From NCBI GenBank assembly GCA_964016885.1, contig OZ024751.1, positions 18,042,001-18,106,000 on the forward strand: DNA of 64,000 nt, in the 5' to 3' direction. Source of the DNA: Eledone cirrhosa. Its lineage: Eukaryota. The position numbers were made by a program, and so were the translations under genes. The notes beneath the pieces are model-generated. The model made no database searches. It saw nothing but the letters and a program-made list of their open reading frames with translations, and was not told the DNA's origin. This document shows positions 54,503-64,000 of the stretch, piece after piece (the first letter of the stretch is position 1; every line of letters begins with the position of its first letter).

Positions 54503-55903
54503 TTGGTGGTGGTGGTGGTGTCGTTGGTGGTGATGTTGTTGGTGGTGGTGGTGTTGGTGGTGATGTTGTTGTTGGTGATGTCGTTGGTGGTGGTGGTGTT
54601 GGTGGTGGTGGTGTTATTGTTGGTGGTGATGTCGTTGGTGGTGGTGTCGTTGGTGGTGGTGTTGGTGGTGTTGTTGTTGTTGGGGCTGATGCTGGTGGTG
54701 GTGTTGTTTGCGGTGATGTCGTTGGTGGTGTTGTTGGGGGTGGTGTCGTTGGTGGTGGTGGTGTTGGTGGTGGTGGTGTTGGTGGTGGTGTTGTTGGTGG
54801 TGGTGTCGTAGGTGGCGGAGTCGTTGTGTGTGTGTGTGTGTGCGTGTGTAAATGCGAGTATGTGTGCATGCCAGTATGTGTGTGCATGTGAGTGTGTGTG
54901 TGTGCATGCGAGTGATATGTGTGTGCGTGCATGCGAGTGAGTGCATGTGTGTGCATGCGATTGTGTATGTGTGTGCATGCGAGAGTGTATGTGCATGCAA
55001 TAGTGTGTATATGTGTGTGTGTATATATATGTGTGTGTGTGTGCATGCGATGTATGTGTGTGCGTATGTGAGAGTGTATGTGTGTGTGTATGCGAGTGTG
55101 TAGGTGTCTGTGTGTACGTGAGTGTGTGTATGCATACGTGTGTGTGTGTGGGTGCGTGCATTAGAGTGTGTATGTGCATGCGAGTGTGTATGTGCATGCG
55201 AGAGGGTGTGTGTGTGTGTATGTATGTATGTGTGTATGCACACGTGTATATATGTGTGTGTGTGTGTGTATGTGTGTGTGTGTGTGTGTGCATGCGAGTG
55301 TATGGGTGTGTGTGTGTGTGTGAGAGAGTTTGTGTGTGTGTCTGCGAATGTGTATGTATGTGTGTATGTGTATGTGAGAGTGTGTGTGTATGCATACGTG
55401 TGTGTGTATGTGTGAGTGTATGTGAGAGTGTGTGTGTATGCAAACGTGTGTTTATGTGTGTGTGGTGTGTATGTGTGCATGCGAGTGTATGTGTGTGTGT
55501 GTGGGTATGTGAGAGTGTGTGTGTGTGTGTATGCGAGTGTGTATGTGTGTGTGTGTATGTAAGAGTGTGTGTGTATGCATACGTGTGTGTATGTGAGTGT
55601 GTGTGTGTGTGCATGCGAGCGTGTATGCATACGTGTGTGTATGTGAGAGTGTGTGTGTCTGTGCATGCGAGTGTATGTGAGAGTGTGTGTGTATGCATAC
55701 GTGTGTTTATGTGTGTGTGTGTGTGTGTGTGTGTGCATGCGAGTGTATGTGAGAGTGTGTGTGTATGCATACGTGTGTTTATGTGTGTGTGTGTGTGCAT
55801 GCGTGTGTATGTGTGTATGTGTGTATGTGAGAATGTGTGTGTGTGTACATGCGAGTGTGTATGTGAGAATGTTTTTTTATGGATACGTTAGTGTGTGTGC
55901 GTG

Positions 55904-55937
<34 letters not shown>

Positions 55938-56678
55938 TGATGATACATTTAAATATTACGAAGCCACAAGGAGTTGTTTCCTGGTCTAAACAAAACAATG
56001 AGGTTAATTACTGGAAAGAAACTAGCGACACATTAGAGCAAACAATAGACATAACGAATGTACTATATATGTGTGTGTATGTGTGTGTATGTGTGCGTGT
56101 GTGTGTGTGTATGAGCGTGTGTGTGTGCACATGTGTGTGTATGCGTACTTGTGTGTGCATGAGCGTGTGTATGTGTGTGTACATGTGTGTATGAATATGT
56201 GTGTGTATGCGTAGTTGTGTGTATATGAGCGTGTGTGTGTGTGTGTACCTGTGTGTGTGTGTGCATGTGTACCCGTGTGTGTATGTATGAGTATATGTGT
56301 GTGTATGTGTATGTATAAATATGCGTGTGTGTACCTGTGTGTGTGTACGAGTTTATGTGTGTGTGTGTGTTTGTGTGTGTTTCTACGAAAATATGTCTAA
56401 ATGTTTGTCTCTAACCATGCTGTGTGTGTATGTGTATGTGTGTGTGTGTGTCTATGAAAGTGCGTGTAAATGTTTGTCTGCAACCATGCTGTGTACCTCT
56501 GTGTGTACCTCTGTGTGTGCGTTAGTGTGTATGTTTGTGTGTGTGTGTATGTGAAAGAAAGAGAGAGACACAGAGAGAGAGAGAGAGAACGTACGTTGGT
56601 GCATCTGGGTGCTCTTATGTATGTGTGCGTATCTGCGAAAGTCTGTGTATGTAAATGTTTTTCTATACACATGATGTG

Positions 56679-56744
<66 letters not shown>

Positions 56745-56900
56745 AAAAAAGAGAGAGAGAGAGAGAAAAAAAACCCTGCATGAATCTATGTGTGTGTGTG
56801 TAAATGTTTATCACTACCCCTGCTGTGTGTTGTGTACCTATGTGAATATTTGTGTGTGTGTATGTGAAAGAGAGAGAGAGTGAGAGAGAGAGAGGGAGAG
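54503..56900. repeat. (GGT)n tract followed by long (GT)n-derived low-complexity repeats with GCATGCGAG motifs
   Basis: Visible directly; source of the H/T-rich and C/V-rich ORFs. Confidence 0.92.
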
Positions 56901-57040
56901 AGAGAGGGGGAGAGGGAGAGAACGTACGTTTTTGTATCTAAGTGTGTAATTGTTTGTGAAAGTGTGTGTGTGTCAATATTTGTCACTACCCTTGCTGGGT
57001 GTAGTGTACCTGGTTGTGATTGTGTGTGTGTGGTGTGTGT

Positions 57041-57099
<59 letters not shown>

Positions 57100-57134
57100 T
57101 GTATATAACAGGGGCGGGGAGACAGATAACGTAT

Positions 57135-58640
57135 ATATGTGTATCATCGAAAGTGTGTATATATGTATGTATTTGTGAAAGTGTGTATATATGTGTATCT
57201 GTGTTAGTGTGTATATATGTGTATCTGTGAAAGTGTGTATATATGTATGTATTTGTGAAAGTGTGTGTATATGTATGTATTTGTGAAAGTGTGTGTATAT
57301 GTATGTATTTGTGAAAGTGTGTATATATGCGTGTCTTTGAAAGTGTGTATATATGTGTATCTGTGAAAGTGTGTATATATGTATGTATTTGTGAAAGTGT
57401 GTGTATATGTATGTATTTGTGAAAGTGTGTATATATGTATGTATTTGTGAAAGTGTGTATATATGTGTATCTGTGAAAGTGTGTATATATGTATCTATTT
57501 GTGAAAGTGTGTATATATGTGTATTTGTGAAAGTGTGTATATATGTGTGTATTTGTGAAAGTGTGTATATATGTGTATCTGTGAAAGTGTGTATATATGT
57601 ATGTATTTGTGAAAGTGTGTATATATGTATGTATTTGTGAAAGTGTGTATATATGTGTATCTGTGAAAGTGTGTGTATATGCGTGTCTGTGAAAGTGTGT
57701 GTATATGTATGTATTTGTGAAAGTGTGTGTATATGTATGTATTTGTGAAAGTGTGTATATATGTATGTATTTGTGAAAGTGTGTATATATGTGTATCTGT
57801 GAAAGTGTGTGTATATGTGTGTATCTGTGAAAGTGTGTATATATGTGTATCTGTGAAAGTGTGTGTATATGCGTGTCTGTGAAAGTGTGTGTATATGTAT
57901 GTATTTGTGAAAGTGTGTATATATGTATGTATTTGTGAAAGTGTGTATATGTATGTATTTGTGAAAGTGTGTATATATGTATGTATTTGTGAAAGTGTGT
58001 ATATATGTGTATTTGTGAAAGTGTGTATATATGTATGTATTTGTGAAAGTGTGTGTATATATGTATGTATTTGTGAAAGTGTGTATATATGTGTATCTGT
58101 GAAAGTGTGTGTATATGTGTGTATCTGTGAAAGTGTGTGTATATGCGTGTCTGTGAAAGTGTGTGTATATGTGTGTGTCTGTGAAAGTGTGTATATATGT
58201 GTATCTGTGAAAGTGTGTGTATATGTGTATCTGTGAAAGTGTGTGTATATGTGTGAATCTGCGAAAGTGTGTGTATATGTGTGTATGTATCTGTGAAATT
58301 GTGTATATGTGTGTATCTGTGAAAGTGTGTATATGTGTGCATCTGTGAAAGTGTGTATATATGTGTTTCTTTCAAAGTGTATATATGTGTATCTGTGAAA
58401 GTGTGTGTATATATATATATCTGTAAATGTGTGTATATAAGTGATTCTGTGAAAGTGTGTATATATGTCTATTTGTGAAAGAGTGTATATATATGTGTGA
58501 ATCTTCGAAAGTGTGTGTATATGTGTGTATGTATCTGTGAAAATGTGTATATGTGTGTATCTGTGAAAGTCTGTGTATATATGTGTATCTGTGAAAGTGT
58601 GTATACATATATATGTATCTGTGAAAGTGTGTGTTTATGT
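57135..58640. repeat. About 26-32 bp minisatellite GTGAAAGTGTGTATATATGT(ATGT)AT(T/C)T
   Basis: About 50 tandem units, visible directly. Confidence 0.95.
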
Positions 58641-58967
58641 GTGTTTGTCTGAGAAGGTTAGTGTGTATATAAATGTTTGTCCCCCCATGCTGTGTGTGTG
58701 TATGTGTGAGAGAGGGTGACAGTGAGACAGAGAGTACGTGGCTGTGTATGTATGTGTGCCTTTATGAGAGTACGTCTGCGTGTGTTTGTGCGTGTTTGTC
58801 TGAGAAGGTTAGTGTGTATATAAATATTTTCTACAGGTATGGTGTAAGTTATGTATAAACTGTGTGTGTTGGTCTGGGAATATGTGTATACGGGAGATTG
58901 TAAAATTTTACGTTCGTGTGTTTGAGAGTTAGTGTACAAGTTTTGGGTGGCAGCGTGAGGGAGAGTC

Positions 58968-59035
<68 letters not shown>

Positions 59036-59040
<5 letters not shown>

Positions 59041-59230
59041 ATATTAAATAAATGAAAACTATATTTATAAAACCGTATATATATATATATAAATATGGCT
59101 TTATAAATATAGTTTCCATTTATTTAATATCATTGAATATTATACTCCAGAAAAACTGTTGAGTGCTTTGAATCAGTTATAAACATTTATATTTGTTGAA
59201 TTACCAACAAATTAAATATCCCTTTTGTCT
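59036..59230 (+). mobile_element. Family E-like fold-back element lacking the hammerhead
   Basis: Arms 59036-59078 and 59093-59135; ACTC-CAG..CTG-TT-GAGT hairpin at 59144-59166. Confidence 0.75.
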
Positions 59231-59249
59231 ATATATATATATATATATA

Positions 59250-59381
59250 CGTTATTCCGGGTTGAATCGGAGGTAACCACAGTAAGTAAGGTACTCAATA
59301 CATTGCAGAGTATAAAAGTTTTAATATAGATGAGATTCTACAGGACTAGAACTGTTTCATTCTTTAGAAATCATCAGGAAT
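59250..59381 (-). mobile_element. Family F element with a complete hammerhead (59335-59381)
   Basis: Minus strand: ATTC-CTGATGA-t-TTC-taaa-GAA-t-GAAA-CAG-ttctagtc-CTG-TA^GAAT; (TA)n on both sides. Confidence 0.85.
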
Positions 59382-59386
59382 ATATG

Positions 59387-59472
<86 letters not shown>

Positions 59473-59798
59473 AATGAAGTATAAACAACATAAGATAATT
59501 ATTTCATTTACCAGTGGTTTCTTGAAGACAGATATTTATGTCTGTCTTGTCGTATGTATATGTGTAAATGTATATTCATGTATATATCAACACTCATACA
59601 TATATGTATGTACATAGGTAAATGTATATGCATGTATATATGAACACTCATATATACATATATGTGTGTGTATGTGTGTGCATAAGTGTCTATATAAAGC
59701 GATGAAATGCCTATGATAGTTGGAAGATCACTGATGAAGGACAAACTTTTTTCATATGTAACCTATTTGCAACTCCGCAGCACCCTTATTATCATATT

Positions 59799-59875
<77 letters not shown>

Positions 59876-60276
59876 ATGTATGTATGTATGTATGTATGTA
59901 TGTACACACTAAACACACTGTGAAACTATCACGATCGCAAACCTTATTACGTCATCTGCTATTCTCCAAAGAGATGAAGAAAACAGAGTACATGAAAGAA
60001 CCAGTGAATATCTCTTTAGATACGTTACAACCTGTAGTTAATAAAGAGGTGCCTAAAGAAAAACACACGCCGTTTAATAAAGGGAGATCACCCAACCTCC
60101 TCTTTCATATGGTTGTTTTGTTGAAACAGACTGTATATAGAAAGGTTTGAAGAAAAAAAAAGGTTTCTTTAAAAAATGTATAGATATACAAATGCCTCGA
60201 ACGAATTGAAATACAATAGACCGAGATTTTTGGTGAACAATAAACTTAAATTAAATAGTGTACCCGAAAAATATGT

Positions 60277-60277
<1 letters not shown>

Positions 60278-60319
<42 letters not shown>

Positions 60320-60471
60320 ATATATATATATTTCATATATATTATATATTTATTATATGTATGGTATATATATGTTATATATATTTATATATTATGTATA
60401 TTCATCTATTATATTTATTATATATATATTATATATATATACATATATATATATTATATATATTATATGTA

Positions 60472-60515
<44 letters not shown>

Positions 60516-60874
60516 GTATATATATATATATATATATGTATAAATACATATGTATATTATACATATATGCACATAAACATACGTATATATATATTATATA
60601 CGTGTATAAATACATATGTATATTATACATATATACACATACATATATGTACATATTATATATATGTATATATACATACATATATTATACATATATTGAC
60701 ATACTTACACATTATATATATGTATATATACATACATATATTAGACATATATAGACATACTTACACATTATATATATGTATATATACATACATATATTAT
60801 ACATATATAGACATACTTACACATTATATATATGTATATATACATACATATATTATACATATATAGACATACTT

Positions 60875-60925
<51 letters not shown>
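60278..60925. repeat. TA-rich region with about 52-62 bp tandem units
   Basis: Visible directly. Confidence 0.85.
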
Positions 60926-60927
<2 letters not shown>

Positions 60928-61796
60928 CACACTCAAATGAATATGGGTGTTTGTGGCTGAGAGAGATAAAGAAAAAAATTGAAGGCACCCTTACGAAAAA
61001 CGCACACACACTTCCAAATAAAACATTTATCAATTGAAATGAAGCACATTTTTCTACCAATTATGCAGGATCTCGGAAATAATCTCATATGGGGAGGATT
61101 CTTGTAATAAAGTGTACTCCACCAAATATACATTATTGCCAGGCTGTCTTGTTGGACACGGTGATGGATTAAGTCTGCCAACGAATAATCCGGATGTGCC
61201 GGAAAAAATACCCTTTAAAAAATGTTTTTAATAATCTAACATTTCTACTCGGGTATTGAAATAGCTTTGACATGGTCACAACTTAACACATTCGTAGCCA
61301 GACACTTGTAGGCTTTATATTGGCAGTATCGGTGGAGCATCGGACAACATGATTTATGGCATAGAATTACGGCCCTTGACGATCTGAGTTCAAATCTTGC
61401 CGAGGTTAGTTTTTCCATTCATCCTTACGGGGTCGACAAATTAAAGTACCAGTAATGAACTGAGATCTCTCTGCGAACTTTCTCCCCCCCCCCCCCTCTG
61501 TCTGTCTCCCACTCTCTCTTTCTTGCTCTCTACCTCTCTCTTTCCATATATATATATATTTATATATGTGTGTGTGTGTGTGTGTACAATATATTTACGA
61601 TCTGATTTCAAATCTTGCCGAGGTTAACTTTACCTTTTATTCCTACGGGGTCGATAACATATAGTCCCAGTAATGCACTGGTGTCAATTCAGTCGACATT
61701 CCCTGTCCCCCAAAAATGGTTGGCCTAATGCAGAGTGGCACGCCTACTCAAACAATTCCGTCAATACACCGCCCTTCATTGTTGTATCACATTATT

Positions 61797-62740
61797 ATCG
61801 GTAGAGGGTTGGACGCCATGCTTTCTAGCATAGTTACGTCCCTTTACGGTTTGAGTTCAAATCCCGCCGAGGTTAACTTTGCCTTTCATCCTTGCGGGGT
61901 CGATGAAGTGAAGTACCAGTAATGTACTGGGTAATTGCTGGCCTTGTGCCTAAAGTAGAAACAATTATTTTACGGTGGATTGGCAGTATCGGTAGAGGGT
62001 TGGACGCCATGCTTTCTAGCATAGTTACGTCCCTTTACGGTTTGAGTTCAAATCCCGCCGAGGTTAACTTTGCCTTTCATCCTTGCGGGGTCGATGAAGT
62101 GAAGTACCAGTAATGTACTGGGTAATTGTTGGCCTTGTGCCTAAAGTAGAAACAATTATTTTACGGTGGATTGGCAGTATCGGTAGAGGGTTGGACGCCA
62201 TGCTTAGCAGTATAGAGTTACGGCCCTTTACGGTCTGAATTCAAATCCCGCCGAGGTTAACTTTGCCTTTCATCCTTGCGGGGTCGATGAAGTGAAGTAC
62301 CAGTAATGTACTGGGAAATTGCTGGCCTTGTGCCGAAAGTAGAAACAATTATTTTACGGTGGATTGGCAGTATCGGTAGAGGGTTGGACGCCATGCTTAG
62401 CAGTATAGAGTTACGGCCCTTTACGGTCTGAATTCAAATCCCGCCGAGGTTAACTTTGCCTTTCATCCTTGCGGGGTCGATGAAGTGAAGTACCAGTAAT
62501 GTACTGGGTAATTGCTGGCCTTGTGCCTAAAGTAGAAACAATTATTTTACGGTGGATTGGCAGTATCGGTAGAGGGTTGGACGCCATGCTTAGCAGTATA
62601 GAGTTACGGCCCTTTACGGTCTGAATTCAAATCCCGCCGAGGTTAACTTTGCCTTTCATCCTTTCGGGGTCGATGAAATAAAGTACCAGTAATGTACTGG
62701 GATAATTGCTGGCCTTGTGCTAAATGTAGAAACAATTATT
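61797..62740 (+). mobile_element. Head-to-tail tandem array of five family-1 SINEs (unit about 187-190 bp)
   Basis: Units joined directly by AATTATTTTACGGTGGATTGGCAG; further copies at 61321, 61597 and 62903-63065. Confidence 0.95.
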
Positions 62741-63174
62741 ATAAATAGTCTCAGCATCCTCAAAAGCACCACCACAAAAGTCGTCACCCTCACAACCACT
62801 ACAGCCACCATAACCACCACCAGCATAACAACACCATCATCACAACAAGCACTATTACTACAACAATTTCTTCCATCAGCATCATCACCATTAACAAAAT
62901 CAGCATAGAGTTACGGCAGCATAGAGTTACGGCCCTTTACGGTCTGAATTCAAATCCCGCCGAGGTTAACTTTGCCTTTCATCCTTTCGGGGTCGATAAA
63001 ATAAAGTACCAGTAATGCACTGGGATAATTGCTGGCCTTGTGCTAAAAGTAGAAACAATTATTTTACGTAAGAATGTTGAAGTTCGACTTTTTATTTTCT
63101 CGCATTTCATCTACCATATATCCTCGATTAACTATACACAACTTTGATTTAAATCCATTCGTCAAAGATATATA

Positions 63175-63299
63175 CAGGGTGTCCCGACAAAATGTATACA
63201 CAATTTGATTACCTGTACAGGCAATATTTATTAGAATGCTATTGAAGTGTGTATACATTTTTTGCGGGGAATGGCGGGGGGGGGGGGGGGGGCACCCTG
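63175..63299. mobile_element. Tc1/mariner-type MITE
   Basis: CAGGGTGTCCC..AATGTATACAC / GTGTATACATT..GGCACCCTG. Confidence 0.75.
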
Positions 63300-64000
63300 G
63301 ATAATATAATTTGATTTTGCTAAACTGGGCGCTGGAATAACTGCACTTTAGATATGATACAGGCTCGGGTAGTATGGAATCTAAAGTAAAATATACGAAG
63401 GTTGACTGAAACTTTCATAGATGACTAAGATACTCTCATTGAATGACCAAATGAGAGTTATATTTCCAGCAATCTAGGCAATTATTAATAAGAAGAGTTG
63501 AAATATATGCTCGCAAGATTTCACAGCCCAAGCATTATTCGTTTATAATCAGCCTATGAACTACCGCCCAAAATGTTGCGAGATGTGATCGAACCCCGAA
63601 ACGATGTCTATGAACCGTGTTTTTTCTAACCCACGTCGTTATCTCTGCACCCCATCGAATATACTTGCAACGACTCAAATCTATTATAAAATATATTTAC
63701 CCAATGAGTTGCTCAGTGCGATTGAACCCGGGTTCGTGTGACTATGGGCCGCATTGTTTATCCACGTGTATATGGCTTCAATCTATTGTCTTATAATTTT
63801 CAAATAATACGTCTTCCAACTCAGTATAGAAAAGGCGGACGAACTAAGAAGCTACAGCTGCGTCGCACCAGTAACCTGTAGTGAGCACGTTATGATAACA
63901 ATGATCTTTAAACATGATAACAATAGATTAGCTTTGCACGAGAGGTGAAAGAAGCTCGTGTCACGTCCGTGCTTTCTCTTCAAGGACATTAGCGATACAA

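Noticed and set aside
54444-58375. His/Thr-rich, Pro/Thr mucin-like and 529-aa repetitive ORFs
   Set aside because: Derived from (GT)n, (GGT)n and the GTGAAAGT minisatellite, with no splice or domain evidence.
60933-61215. Complex-looking short ORF, possibly an exon or transposase fragment
   Set aside because: No recognisable motif or splice signals that I can support.

Overview
Eukaryotic, AT-rich, repeat-dominated non-coding DNA. The SINE type and microsatellite load suggest an octopus-like cephalopod (inference). No intact protein-coding gene is supported; nearly all ORFs in the track are artefacts of low-complexity repeats. The window holds a 3.8-kb G-rich satellite, many (TA)n/(CA)n/(GA)n micro- and minisatellites, about 35 copies or fragments of one tRNA-derived SINE (including tandem arrays), Tc1/mariner- and hAT-type MITEs, RTE-like and CRE-like LINE remnants, and two Penelope-like (PLE) reverse-transcriptase remnants. 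The main hidden signal is a set of about ten mutually dissimilar families of short (100-450 bp) elements sitting between (TA)n tracts. Most carry a type I hammerhead ribozyme (about 20 motifs found by eye, several with complete stems and palindromic stem III). Many are fold-back inverted repeats whose junctions fall at the ribozyme cleavage site, core or stem II. Several share a covarying RCTC-hairpin-2 nt bulge-GAGY structure 40-75 nt from the 3' end. One family is physically joined to PLE RT coding sequence, so these are best read as ribozyme-bearing PLE terminal repeats or non-autonomous derivatives. All pairings were made by hand and coordinates may be off by a few bases.
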